The notes under the pieces were generated by a model. That model was not told the origin of the DNA. It saw nothing but the letters and a program-made list of their open reading frames with translations, and made no database searches. From Raja brachyura (taxonomy: Eukaryota), in the NCBI GenBank assembly GCA_963514005.1, contig OY740811.1, forward strand, positions 27,466,001 through 27,530,000: a stretch of DNA of 64,000 nucleotides, given 5' to 3'. Numbering within the stretch: the stretch's first letter is position 1; every line of letters starts with the position of its first letter. This document shows, piece by piece, positions 13,490 through 26,899 of this stretch. The position numbers were made by a program, and so were the translations under genes.

Positions 13490-13826
13490 TGCAGGGATGA
13501 AGGGATATGGATCACGTGCAGGCAGATAAAATTAGTTTAATCTGGTATGTGTGGCACGAATATGATGGGCAGAAGGGCCTGTTCCTGCGCTGGACTATTT
13601 TACGTTCTAACCTGGCACTGTTCTGCTCCGGAGTAGGGTACGACCCGAAGCGTCACCTGTATTCAAGAGAGTTAGAAATAACTATTAGGGCTAACGGAAT
13701 AAAAGGATATGGGGAGAGAGCAGGAACGGGGTACTGATTTTGGATGATCACCCATGATCAAAGTGAATGGTGCTGGCTCGAAGGGACGAATGGCCTACTC
13801 CTGCACCTATTTTCTATGTTTCTATA
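13490..13826 (+). mobile_element. CR1-clade LINE 3' ends (two adjacent)
   Basis: gggcagaagggcctgttcctgcgctg and ggctcgaagggacgaatggcctactcctgcacctattttctatgtttctat tails. Confidence 0.7.
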
Positions 13827-15600
13827 TTCCTTTTTTTCCCCGGAGATGCTGCCTGACCTGCTGAGTTCTTCCAACGTTCAAAAGTCAAGAGTGTGCATTG
13901 TGTTATGTCCCAAACACAACTGCATTCTTACTTGTAGCAGCACAACAGAATATGTAAACATAGTATTCTGTAAACAATATAATAAACGATAAAGTTCCGT
14001 AAAAACAAACAATATTGCAAAAAGACTAAACCAATGCCCCCAAGTGTGTGTGTCTATCTCCGGTAAAGACCAGCATGTGGAGTTTCTTACTACAATGTTC
14101 TGCTCTGGCCCGGCTGCCAGCCTAAAGGATCCCGGCACAAAACGTCATCTATCCATTTTCTCGTGAGTTTTCGCGTTACTCCAGCACTTTGTGTCTTTTT
14201 ATTTTGTAAACCGGCATATGCAATTCCTTGTGTCCACACAATGAACCGTAGATGGTGGAATCTGGATGTAGGAAGGAACTGCAGATGGTGGTTTAACCCG
14301 AAGACAAGAGTGCTGGAGGAACTCCGCGGGTCGGGCAGCGTCTGCGGAGGGAATGGACGGACAGGCGACGTTTGGGGGTCGCGATCCTCCCTCAACCCCG
14401 TGTCTCTGCGACGTCCTTCCGCTGATGCCAGGGTGGCCGGAGGAAGTCACATGAAACGATGTAGGAGAAGCAGGGACTGGAATCTGGAGGATTAGGTGCA
14501 AATATACAAGCAAAGGACTTTCAGGGGGCGTAAATTCAATTTGGTAGCGGCGAGAGCCGGTAAACAATGTTTGCAGGTGTGATGCGGGCTGCGAGAGTGG
14601 AAAGATTGCAGCTTTGTGATGCAGTCTACCGTGAGCTAATGTGTAAATTAGTGAGTAGAAGTCAAGCAGTCAGGGCACATTCTCCAATAATAAATCCAAA
14701 CAAGCCCTAGAGTCATTAGAGGAGCGTATTCGCACAAGGAGGTTTGGATTACGGAGCGACGGATCTCGCTAGATTGGGGTGGGAGGGGGGAGGTGCGGGG
14801 GTTGGCAAATGGGACCAAGGTACGGCGCGAATCGGCAGTCTGCTGTGGTTTAATTAAATAAGGTGTTAAGGGATTAGGTGGAACTTGTCATTAAAATCCA
14901 TTCAGGACTAGGCGACGGTGTTTTACTTTCGAGAGGGAGATGCGGCTGGTTGGATTCATGAGGCTGCATTAATGAAATCAGATTGTACCACAGCCCCTTG
15001 TAGCAGCGTCGCGGCTGGGTTTTGTTTTCTGGGAATGACTGGGATCAGCGCTGCCCTTCACTTGGCCTGGCGCATCACGAGAACCCAATCATCCTCGCCC
15101 CCCCCCCCCCCCCCCCCCCCGAGAGAGAGTGGCTCACGGTTCTCACAGTCTGAGACCGGGAGAGTGGTGCCGTGTCTGTAGTGCCGTGGCCGAGGCTCGG
15201 TAGCAGAGGCGACCCCCGCCTTCTCCTGACCGACCAACAGGACTTGATACTGGGTCCGCGTTGTTGGGAGCAGAGGGCAGTGACTCCAGCGACATTGGGC
15301 TCGGCACGGTCTGGGAAATTCGGCTCAAATTATGGGGAGAAGGCAGAAGAATGGGGTTAGGAGGGAGAGATAGATCAGCCATGATGTGATGGGCCGAATG
15401 GCCTAATTCTGCTCCTATCACTTTGAATGTATGAAAACGGGAGGCAACACCTCAACCCTCGTGTTTCCTCTGCATGACCGTCAATCCCATCGATCCCAGT
15501 CCATAATGTTGGGTGAACGATGTAAGAAATGTGTGGGTTACACAAAAAGCTGGAGAAACTCAGCGGGTGCAGCAGCATCTAAGGAGCGAAGGAGATAGGC

Positions 15601-15628
15601 GACGTTTCGGGTCGAGACCCTTCTTCAG
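15601..15628 (-). ncRNA. Minimal type-I hammerhead ribozyme core (pax7 sense strand)
   Basis: CUGAAGA-A-GGGUC(UC)GACCC-GAA-ACGU-C: conserved CUGANGA and GAAA boxes, stem II, palindromic ACGU in place of helix III, and UC cleavage site. Helix I is only about 2 bp. Confidence 0.65.
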
Positions 15629-15636
15629 ACTGTTTT

Positions 15637-15664
15637 CTGAAGAAGGGTCTCGACCCGAAACGTC
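15637..15664 (+). ncRNA. Minimal hammerhead ribozyme core (antisense to pax7)
   Basis: Identical 28-nt core on the plus strand. Confidence 0.6.
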
Positions 15665-15949
15665 GCCTATCTCCTTCGCTCCTTAGATGCTGCTGCACCC
15701 GCTGAGTTTCTCCAGCTTTTTGTGTAACCCTCGATTCTCCAGCATCTGCAGTTCCTTCTTTAACACATAAGAAATGTGTGTGTGGGGTGGGTGGGGGATG
15801 GCGAAAATGAAGGGGAAAATACGATGAATTAAAGACTATAACAAATATCTAAACGGTCATGAGATTGTGGAAGGGTTGGGTCTTAGAGTCATAACGCTAT
15901 GCAGCACGGAATGAGGCCCTTCGGCGCATTTTGTCCATGCCAACCAAGT

Positions 15950-16740
15950 TGGCATACAGGGCTGCAGTGAAGAAGTGTGCAAAAGAGAAAAGAACAGTGT
16001 GCAGAATACAGTGTTACAGCTAGAGAAATTTCTGTTAATATTTATACCTCGGAACCTGAAGCTCATGACCATCTCCACTTTAGCACCACTGGTACAGACT
16101 GGGGCGTGTACCCCACCCCCCCTCCCAGCGTTGGTGATCAGCTTCTTTGTTTTGCTGATGTTGAGGGGGAGGTTGTTGTCTGGACCCTGCTCTTAAGCTC
16201 TCAATCCCCTTCCCGTACCCTGTCTCATCATTGTTTGAGACCTGGTCCACTACAGAGGTGTCATCTGCAAACTTGTAGCTCAAGTTAGAGCAGAAGTTGG
16301 CCACACAGTGGTGTGTAATTAGGGAGTTTGGCAAGGGATTGAGAAAGCAGCCTTGCAGAGGTCCGGTGTTGAGAATAATCGTGGAGGATGTTTTGTCCCC
16401 AATTCCTACTGAGTTCAGACCCAAAGGTACCGACAGTCGACAAATCTCCCTCCTGATTACGGTCTATGGGTCAGAAAGTCGATCCAATTGCAGCGGGGGG
16501 GGGGGGGGGGTTCTGAGTCCTAAGTCCAGTTTGGAGATGAGTTTGGGTAGAATTATGGTGTTGACGGTGGAGCTTTGGTCAATAAATAGTAGTCTAATGA
16601 AGGTGACTTTGTTATCCAGATGTTCCAGAGACAGGGTCAGGGTCAGAGAGCTGGCATCTGCAATGGACCTGTTGCAGCAGACGGCAAATTGAGGCTGTAT
16701 GGGAGGCTGAAGTTAATGTGTGCCATGACCAGACTGGTCG
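15950..16740 (-). mobile_element. Rex1/Babar RT fragment, degraded
   Basis: ORF 16080-16424: ILNTGPLQGCFLNPL...YKFADDTSVV. Confidence 0.8.
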
Positions 16741-17254
16741 GGATACTTCCACCTAGTGCAGGGAGTAGAGAAACATCAGGCAAATCCCCGCTCTGTGTCA
16801 CCCTGCAGAACCCTCCAATGCATGGAGATAAGGTGGTGATGGTACAAAGCCCCTCGTGCTTGACTATCTGTACTGAATGGAAGGGTTTATGTATGGAAAA
16901 TAACCCTGTGCCCTAGGAACTGGAGGGTGACAAATGCCCTGGTGAGGATGTGGACAAAAGTGGTGAATAAAACTTATAAAATTAAAGCAAAGGAGAAAGG
17001 AGATTAAGGAGGAGCAGAGGGAACTGACCTTGTTACCCAAATGCCACAGTCTGTGCAGCAACAGATGCAATGAGCATCAAACCCAGCCACTCTTTGCTTT
17101 CACATCCACAAGCTGGGGTCTGACCTTGCAGTCGGCCGAGATCTGGTGGGGCCTCAGCCAGCATCTCTCTACATCTGTGAAGTCTATTATAGGCTCTCAT
17201 TGCACATTCATTGGCAGTCACAGGGACCTGCTGAGGAATCTGTGTGAGTGGCTG

Positions 17255-17790
17255 GGCAGAGAGAGAGATAAAGCGAGCAAGATAACAAGAGAGAGATAAC
17301 GAAAGAGATCAACTGGAGAAGAAAGAAAGGTGGAAGAGAGTTACTGTGGTAGACACTGGATAAGTGAGGATAACAGGCATAGAAATCTAGAGAGATCGAT
17401 AAGGAGAGGGAGAAAAAGACAGATAAAGCAAGAGAGATCGACAGGAGCAGAGAGAAAAGAGCAAGAGAGTGACAGAGCCAAACACTAGCAAAGAGAGGGT
17501 AGCAGACATATATATCTAGAGAGATCGATGAAGAGGAGAGCGAAAGGGATATTAAGTAGAGAGAGAGAGAAAGGGAAAACACAGATTATGGCCAGAGAGA
17601 TGCACAGCCAAACACAATGAGAGGCAAACAAAACAAACAGGAGATAGAGAGAGAAAGGAAGTATGGGGGAAATAAAGAGGAAGAAATAGAGAGAGGGAGA
17701 ATGAGAAAGGAAAAATAAACATACACAAAGAACTAAAAACAGTGAGGAAGGAATAAATGAAGAGAGCGAGTCCGTGTCTGAGAGGAATGC
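17255..17790. repeat. GA-rich low-complexity tract
   Basis: Purine-rich degenerate (GA)n; source of spurious Ser/Leu ORFs. Confidence 0.85.
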
Positions 17791-17799
17791 AAGGACTGA

Positions 17800-18620
17800 C
17801 ACATATTCTGCAGTTCACTGCTTTATTGTCTGCCTGATTAAGCAAAACAATAGAGAGATAAAACTTTTTTTTATGAATTTCGGTGTATTAACCCTCACAC
17901 AAACGCTCAAAAACAAGTAGAATTCCAGGGCCTCACTTGGTGCGGTAAAAATTGCTTCACAAACTGTCGTACTTTTTAAGTTTCAGAAACAGTATAAATT
18001 ATTTATTTTTTGAGCTCAAGTGAATGAAAACCCTCTCCTCTTTTATTTTTTCGTTGATAATAGTTCCTTTTGAAGGATGGGGAATCTCGGCCTTCAACTG
18101 AGCAGTTGGGCCTCCTCCCTTTTAGCACACAAAAACCTGGCACCATTTGGCTTTTAATAGCTCTTGTCATGTGTGCTGTGTGCACTCTGATTTTTTTGTC
18201 TCACCTAGGACAAAACAGAGGCCCATGGACCCTTTCAGCACTCTGCAGCCCGCACCTTAGGGGTCCATTAGTGAGTGAATACAGCACTGACAAACCCGTG
18301 CAGCCCAATGTGATATCTATAAACGCTGACATATTTACTCGATGTGCAGCACTGTGAAGGAAGGTGCTGCCTGAATATTAAAACATTAAGCAGCGGGGGG
18401 TGGGATCACAGGGTCTCGGGCTGTTTCAGGCATAACAAAGGTACCTGCTCTTCAGGCCTAGTGGCTAAGACAGGCTGTCATTATGACTGGCCCTTTTCAC
18501 ACTTCTAGCCTCTCCATTGATTTTTTTTTTGGATGGGAGGGAGGTGGAGAAAGTTTAAATTGAGGCTGTGAACTTATTTTTCTGCACTGATAAGCAGGCT
18601 TCGGCTTTTAACCATTTCTT
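17800..18620. promoter_or_regulatory. Candidate conserved intronic enhancer
   Basis: Repeat-free; TATTGT-TGATTAA-AACAAT cluster at 17824-17851, several TGACA/TGTCA, and AACAAAG near 18434. Confidence 0.35.
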
Positions 18621-21600
18621 GCCTGGGACGACTTTGGGACCAGAACTAAGCAGATGCAGGCCTCTCAAGCCGGGTACGGATCAGTTTGGTGGAGACAGTG
18701 ATATGAGCAGGTCAGAGTAAATGTCTCCAAACTCTCCTCCCTCCCCACTCAGATGCTCTCTTCCCTCACTCAGCCCCTCCCTCACTATCATGGACATGTC
18801 GTCCCAAATGCCAGGAGTCAAAGGGTTAATGGTTTAATAGTTTGCAGCCTTACTCCAGGACAGTTCGAAGAATGTACTTTACATGGATATTCCGACCTCC
18901 AATTCTCACCAACCCCCCTCTTCCCCCCCCCGGCCGTAGCACCTGTGCACTGTGACTTGTTTCAAACCCTTCCCTCACCCTCAGCATCGTCCCAGCTGAG
19001 ACTTTGTATAGAATCTGAGGAAAGTTATTTACACTGAGCGTGTCACAGGATTAAAGTCTCAACTCCATCCTCTCATCTTATGACCAGGGGAAGTGGAGCT
19101 GTGCCATTCAGCCCATCATAGAGTTACATAGCATGGGAACAGGTCTTTCGGCCCAACTCATTCATGCTGACTGAGAAACCTATCTACCTTAATCCTGTTT
19201 TCCTGCGTTTGGCCAATATGCCTCTATTCCTTTCCTATCCAGCTACTATCAGGTCTGGGGCTGTGGCTGCTCCACATAATTCTGGCCAACGTTAGCTCAT
19301 CCCACGTTTTTCTACCTAATGGATTTCCTTTTAATACATCTCTGCCATGCACCTCAACCACACCCAATGATGGTGAACTTTACGCTCAGGCCACTCCCTT
19401 TCGGATGTTTCTCACTGTCTTACATATACGGCCCTTTTGGATATACCCACAACTGGAAATATCCTCTCCATCTTCACAGAACTTTAAAAAACTATCAATA
19501 CATTTTGATGATATTAAGCTAGGGTACTGTCCGATTCACCTCTACCTCACTGCGGACAGATTAATTTGTCTCTGGAACTGTTGTGCTATAATGCTGAGAA
19601 CTACATGCTGCACTCTGTATCTTTCCCTGTATCTACCTATTATACTTGTATTTGTACACATGATCATACTAAATCTAAAACTAAACCTTATTCTGAAAAG
19701 ATCCCAATCTGTTCAATATTTTATTTCATTTCTGATGTCATACTATTAAATCCATATTCTTTGTGTCTCCCATATTATTTGTACATCTGGAGGGCTAGAG
19801 ATGTGTATAGGACCTGATACAAGTTTGAGAGAATTTCTCCTCATTTCAATCGCCTGTCCAGAAACAAACCGCAATGTTTGGATTTACCATTCTTTGTTGG
19901 CTACGTTTAAAGCTATGCCCTTCCCCGTCTACAGATAAGATTAGGGGAAAGAGAGCAGAGGTCCATATCAGTCACGATGGGCCAAACAGCTCACTTCTAG
20001 GTGTAAAGTTCCTCAATCCAAAGCAACAGACATAACTTTCCATCATTTTAAACATGTTTAGAAAGAATTATGTTTCAGCTGTGCTGAAACGTTTGTCCGT
20101 TAGACATTTGACTGTCTGCACCCCCGGCCCCTGTGGTGATTTACAGATATATTGGATTACTCTACCCATCGGTGCCAGCACTGAGCCAATGGCATTCCCA
20201 TTCATCTCCAGGTCACCCAATGTTTTCCCTCCCAAGTATCACTGTCTCTTGAGCAGACACTGACCACACTCCTGTCATCCACACTAAATTCCACTCACAA
20301 TCCAGACACATCTAACACATTGAGAATGTTGTCAATGATCCTGAAAGATTTAGCATGGAGATCAAAACTACAAGCACACTGATCTCATCTGGGCAGTGAA
20401 GGGGGCTCTGAAATCCAGTGTGTAAGTCCTTTACAGGGAAAGAGAAAGCGAGCTAGGGTTCTCAATCCCGTAATTATTCTCTGGGGCTGTGTGTAACTTT
20501 GTGTGTGACTGTCTGTCTCTCTGTGTGCATGTGTCTGTATCTCTCTCTGTGCACGTGTGTGCGTGCGTATGTGTGCGTGTTGAATACTTGAGGATATCTG
20601 TGTTCATGTGTGTAAATGAGCAATTGAATTAATGCATGCTAAATTTATGTACATGGATGCAAATGAGTGAGTTTATGTGTGTGGCTGTATAAGCATAACT
20701 GTTTGTAAAATTGAAAGCAATTGTATGTGGATGAAGAACTCAGATATAAAAATAGAAAGTGCTAAAAATCTCAGCAGGTCCTTAAGATTACACTCAAAAT
20801 GTTGACTGTTTCGCTTTCCACAGATGCTGCCTAACTTGCTGATTTTTCCAGCTTTATTCTGTCTGTGGGTCGATGTGTGCATGGTTTTCTGAGTGTGCCT
20901 GTCAATGTGTGGTTGAGCATGAGAATTTGTGAGTGAGTGAATTGAGTGTGGGTACGTACACATCCTGTAGATCAGTCTTCACTGCCGCCAGGATTTCACA
21001 AAGACTCTTTCTAAACTTTATTCCGCTTGAAGGCCAGACCCAGACATAGTCTGGATCAACAGCTTCGTTTCAAATAGATTTATTTCAGTCCCTGATCAAT
21101 CCTAAAGAACCACATTTGACCAGAGCATGAAGTTTGAAGCAGATACTGCAACTGAATCTCTCAGATGCATAGGTCTTTAATCTACTTGAAATTGAAGCTC
21201 TCTGCCACTGGGTTCAAGTGCTTTCCCTGGTAGGGACCAGCTGGCAAACTCTGCCAGGCAACTGGGTGTAATACTTGGCACGATTGGGATGTGATATCTG
21301 ACAGGAGGCTAAGATCTGCTTAATCAACAATCACAAAAAGGTTTTGTCAGGCAATTCTCAGCATATTAAAAATGCAATTTAACTAGCCAGAGGCAAGGGG
21401 AGTGGTTATAAGGAGGACGTGGCAGATACAGTCGGTATCCTCGAAGAGTCCAGTGAGAAAAACCCTATGAATGGTCCAAATGCCTGTAGTGGGAACATTT
21501 CCTGCAGTTTCTACTCGGGTCCTACAACCTAATTACCTAATTCTGCAGAAACGGATAACTTTGTGTTTGTGCATTTTAACCATTTCTTACCTAAACTGTC

Positions 21601-22607
21601 CCTCTTTCCTTTCACTGAAATTCATTGTCATAATTTGGTGATTGCTGGCAGGACTGTATCTACTGTGCATGAACATTGGCCCAGAAAAGCAGCCATGCAT
21701 GGCATTCATGAGCCACAAACAGTTTCAATGCAGCCAAGTACCCTTGCTGGATTAGTTCAGAAGGGAGGTGACTCTCAGTCACATGGCAATTTTGTTTAGT
21801 TTAGTTTATTGTCACGTATACCGAGGTACAGTGAAAAGCTTTCACTATACACACATGTGGGACTGGAGTCACCTGTGTGTTCAGACCAGATGAGGCCAAC
21901 ACACACCTTCCCCTACAGACAATAATGAAACAGTTTGGTGTTTTGGGTGTCTTAACACATTCACGGTTACTTTTGCTGTTTCTGCGTTTCAAATCAAATT
22001 ATGAAAATGCCTGTGTCGCGGAACCTGTACTGTACAGACAACAGCCATTGAGCCTCTCGTGTCTAGGTCAGACCCTGGTCTCTTGGTCTGTCTGCATTGC
22101 TCTGCAAAGCATTTCCCCTCAAATGCCTATCGAATTCTTTTTTCGGGCACTGATTAATTTTATTTCCATCACTAATTTAGATCATAACTAAAGAAGCTTA
22201 CATATCCTTTGTTACTTTTCCCAAGTTTTCACATCTATGCCCCTGGGCTTTGAACTGCCGGTAAGTGACAATGGGAACAACTTCTCTCTTTTGTCATGAC
22301 CTAACCCAGTCCTGATTTTGTACACTTCTATTAAGTTCCAGGCCTCCCGTTCTAAACACCAAGTTGATGCACAAATTTGAGACACCAATTATAAGCTCCA
22401 ACCAGAACTAGAGCTATTCAACCAAAAATACCAATTGGTACAGCTTGCAAGATAGATACTACAACTGGAGACCAGAGACACCAAATCAAGGCACTGTCCA
22501 GAGGGAGTTACCAAATAATTTGCCTGGAGACAACAGTTGTGTGCATCGCTGAATCTGTCCTTAATCAAGGGCTAGACGTAACCAAATGTGATCTTACATA
22601 TTTAGTG

Positions 22608-22703
22608 TATGTAGATAAAAATATTGGAGAAACTCAGCTGGTGAGGCAGCATCTATGGAGCGAAGGAATAGGTGATGTATCGGGTCGAGACCCTTCTTCA
22701 GCT
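22608..22703 (-). mobile_element. 96-bp solo PLE-derived hammerhead element with a 14-bp TSD
   Basis: ttacatatttagtg at 22594-22607 and 22704-22717; the core is mutated (GAUAC instead of GAAAC). Confidence 0.88.
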
Positions 22704-24101
22704 TTACATATTTAGTGCATCAGAGACATTGAGCGAGGTCCAGATCACACCTAACTATAATGCCTTCATTGGTTGAATAGCTCCTACTGGAGTCTAGACT
22801 CTCAGACACACAGAGACATGATATTCATAAACCTGCTTCAATGTTTTAAAAACACCTAAAGTGGCTCTCATTGTCAGTTAAAATAAATTTTAAGGAGTGG
22901 CTTAAAGGTGAAGAGTTAGATATAGAGTTAAACTTTAGGGAGGAAATTTCAAAATGTAAAGCCTCAGAAACTCCAATAAAGGAGGGATAAAAATCAGCAG
23001 TTATCTTGGGAGTGTTTTGGGCTGGTGGAACCTGCAGAGAATGGACGAGGCAGGGGAGTGAGGGATGAGGATTGAGGCAGCACCAATGCTGCGGGACTTG
23101 TGTTCCCTTGAAATGAATAGAAGCAAAATCAATCCACCTTTTGTTTTAAACGGTGCCAATCTGTTCTCTCCAAAACAGATAGGGTTCTTTCACAAAATAC
23201 ACACCGTTTGAGAAGTGTAATTTGCAAAGAAAGTTTCCAAAACTTTTGTTGCATGCAAATGTATTTTAAAAAGAATTGTTCACGTTCTACCTCAGTTAAT
23301 TTAGGAATATATAAAAGCTGAAGATCAAGGAAAGCCAGCCAGCCATCAATGAAGCTTTCCCCTCCCCCCACCACCGCCTCCTGTCCCCCACAGAAGAGGA
23401 ATGGGAACAGTGAGAGGGCCCACAGCTGGTCAGTCCCTGCTGCTGAGCCCACAGTTCACCTCATTGATACATTAAGTTGGTGTAAAAGTCTGAACAAATT
23501 ACTGATTTGCAACACTCAGAGAAGGACCGTTTACCGCCTTTGTTTGTGTGAAAATCTCACGTGGAAATGAATCTGCTGACAGTCGCTGGCAAACTCACTG
23601 AAAAGCATAAAATGGGAAATTTTCTGCCCGTAAGTGGCATGAGCTAATGTCCATGTTTGAGCCACTGGACCATGCTGCTCGTTAGTGCAACGGGCTCTGT
23701 GATCTCACCGGGTATCTGACTTCTTAATTAGTGCAGAATTGTGACACAAAGGAGTTGTGATTTACTCTCCCTCGAAGGCTCAGTGGGTACATGCACTGTC
23801 CTCCTCTCAATCGAGCGAATGTAGGTCCCAGCACAACCATGTTCTATGCCTATCACCACAAAAAGGCCGATGGGGGTGCAGTGAATCAGTTTCATCGTTT
23901 GCTGGGCTAATCAGGCTTGGTTCCCATTCCAGATTATTACCCAGAGAATGCCTGCTGCCAGATCATCTTGTGGACAACAAGCAGTCTTGGCTGAGACAGC
24001 AAAATCAGTTCAATTACCTTTTGCCTGTTGCCCGTAAAAATTGGGCACTGGGGAGAGATAGGAGAGGACATCTAAAACAATTCAGGAAACAACCTGTACC
24101 C

Positions 24102-24268
24102 CAGGGAGAGTCGGCACTTGCAGGTCTGGATCCCCTGGCCAGTCAGCACCTTCAGGGGCAGGTAACTGGGCCTCAGGGATTATCAGCACCTTCAGGGGAG
24201 GGGGTCGGGACGCCAGGAAGAGTCAGAACCGTCAAGGGCAGGTAACTGGCCTCCATGGAGAGTCAGTA
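24102..24268. repeat. Degenerate minisatellite, unit about 41 bp, about 4 units
   Basis: Recurrent agtcagcaccttcaggggcaggtaactgg. Confidence 0.6.
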
Positions 24269-26439
24269 GTTACCATTGCGCGGTAGGATGACCCCGCACA
24301 GTCCCTCTCACCCATCAGTAAGACGATCTCTCCGGGAGGCCTCTGCCTGGCTGCGGTTTGTTGACATAAACTCTTCATTGGTAAAATAATCTGGCCGCGC
24401 GTTTTTTCTACAGTTACCCTTGTGCTTAATCATACTTTTCGAATTGTCCGACCCCAGAATGTGTGTTTGTGCTGCAGGAAGGCGGGAGCCGCGCCGGGCC
24501 TGGTCGGGCCTCGGGCCTACCCGGCACCGACCCGGGACACCCGCCACCCGGCCGCGGGGTGGAAACTAAACGACGGATCAAGTTGGATAAAAAACGAGAG
24601 AGGAAGAACAAAATTTAAAAATGAGCTCGGAGCAATTTAAACGCCGCCGACGACGACGACATCCCCAGGCGCAGACACCGCCTCCATGACACATTCCGCG
24701 TTCGCCCGTGGGGAGAGGCGGGCCTTGGTTTTCCTCTGACATTCAGCATCTCCTCAGCACCACTTTATAGACTCACCCTTCCCACTTCAGTTCCTACACG
24801 ATGACCGGGCGGCGGCGGCGGCAGGCAGCGCTCACGGGGCCGGGCCGGGGTGCGCCAACAAGATGGCGCCGCAGAATAGGCCAAGGCCAGCAGCCACTCG
24901 CAGGCGTCGTTGCTCCCCTCCTCTGTGAGCTTCCACTGTACCCGCGTGTGGACGGACTGCTCGCAAAACAAGTCGGGGTACACGTGGGATCCAGCAGCAA
25001 GCGTTTACTGGCCTTAACCAGAACTTACTGTGACACAACCAGGTAAAGATAGACACAACCAGGTAAAGATAGACATACAGTGCACAAAACCGCCAGTTTT
25101 GGTTGCCACCACCTCATAAATAATAAAATGGGGTTAGTGTAGAATTTGGTATAAATGTATGCTTGATGGTTAGCGTGACCTGTGTGGACCAAGAGCCTGT
25201 TTCTGTGGTGTGTGGCACTGTTTATAAAGGATTATGTGGGTGCAAGCACATCCGTCATTGGAGACGCAAGAAACTGCAGATGCTGGAATCTGTAATCAGG
25301 CTTTGTTATCTGGGCATGTGTCTGAGCAGAATGTGGCTTGGTTTTCCCTATTGAGAAACAGGTGGGGACAGACCTGGGATCAAGAGAGATTCTTGATCAT
25401 GAAAGGCTTAGAATTGCCTCTCCCTGTTTTTTTAAGTGCCTGTATGGGTTATTGAGTGACATTTTGATTCTCGACTTACCCAGTCGCGCAGGCAACTTTC
25501 CTTAGTTGACTGTACAGCCAGAAACTATTCACTTCCTCTTTGAAAGTCGTTGTACACTCCCTCTTTAACCTGAACATGGACTGCCTTAAACAACATGTCC
25601 AACTGTCATCCTTCACGCCAGGCCATTTTCATTTTCTTTAAGAATATGCTCGGTACATTAGTGAACGGTGATGCTGACTTTGGAAGATGAAGATCCTTTT
25701 TGGTGCAAAATAAAGGGAAAATATATCACTGCTGAAATAGCTCCAAAGCTTTGAACTGTTGATACCGTAAGGGCAAAATGTAAATTCAGAAGGGGATGGG
25801 ACAGGCAGCAAGAAGAAGAAATGGGTGATGTTTCGGGTTGAGTCCCTTCTTCAGACTGATGGACAGTCTCATAAGTGTTCTCAGGACAGGTCATTCACAT
25901 AATATATTGTGGAACCAACAACAATAGAATTTCACCTTCAGTTTGAGAATGAGAAATGTAACTAATAACTTCATCTTTACCAAAGGCTGCCAAAAGGTAA
26001 GAAGACATAATTGATTGGTGGGAAAATAGATTAGATGGTAAAGCGGTGGATAAGCAATGCAAACATTTAAGGTGTTATATCATAATACTCAAGCTATGTT
26101 TCATGACGGCAGGTACGGGATACTGAGTTGGATGATCAGCCATGATATTATTGAATGGCGGTGCAAGCTTGAAGGGCCGAATGGCCTACTCCTGCACCTA
26201 ATTTCTATGTTTCTATGACTAACTTAGAAAGTATGAAATCAAACTAAATGAAAGTGCGCACAAGGTTGCAAAGATTAGTGATACACCGGAAACTGAGGAA
26301 ACTAGCATGGGATGACCAAATAAATAGCAAAGAGATTATAAGAGTTAGCCATTAAGTATAAGAAAAGATAGCAAGAACTTCCAGAAGTTTATAAAAGGGA
26401 AGAGAGTAACTAAAGTAGATATTGGTTTCTTATAGTCAA

Positions 26440-26735
26440 AGATACAGCACAAATACAGGCCCCTTGGCCCACTGAGTATTTATCAACCTGCAAGTGTCCT
26501 TTGCATTAATCCCATTCTTAATTCTCCGCACATTCTCATCAACACCCCACATTCTACCACTCACCCAAGGGATAATTTGCAAAGGCCAATTAAATCACCA
26601 TCTTTGGGAGGAGGAAACCTACGCGGTCACAGGAAGAATGTGCAAAGTCCATACAGACAGTAATCAAGATCAGTATTCAACCTAGGTCTCTGCCATTGTA
26701 AACCAGAGGTTCCACTGGCTTTGCCACTGTGCTGT
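26440..26735 (-). mobile_element. HE1-like V-SINE, degraded
   Basis: ggaaacctacgcggtcacaggaagaatgtgcaaagtccatacagacag is the reverse-complement V-domain. Confidence 0.7.
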
Positions 26736-26899
26736 CCACTCCTAGAGGAGGAGTTGAATTAATAATGGGAAATAAGGAAAGTTAGTGATATGGAACTAAT
26801 ATTTTTTATCTGTCCTCTTGCCAGATGACATTTGAAGTATCCCAATTAAAATAGTAAAATCTGGGGGCGGGGGGTGGGGCATAATAACTATTAGTGGAG

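Larger units (their letters stand above)
15535..15767 (+). mobile_element. Young non-autonomous PLE-derived insertion: inverted 95-bp terminal-repeat pair plus 37-nt tail, with 12-13 bp TSD
   Basis: 15535-15629 is the exact reverse complement of 15636-15730; tail at 15731-15767; taagaaatgtgtg at 15523-15535 and 15768-15780. Confidence 0.9.
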
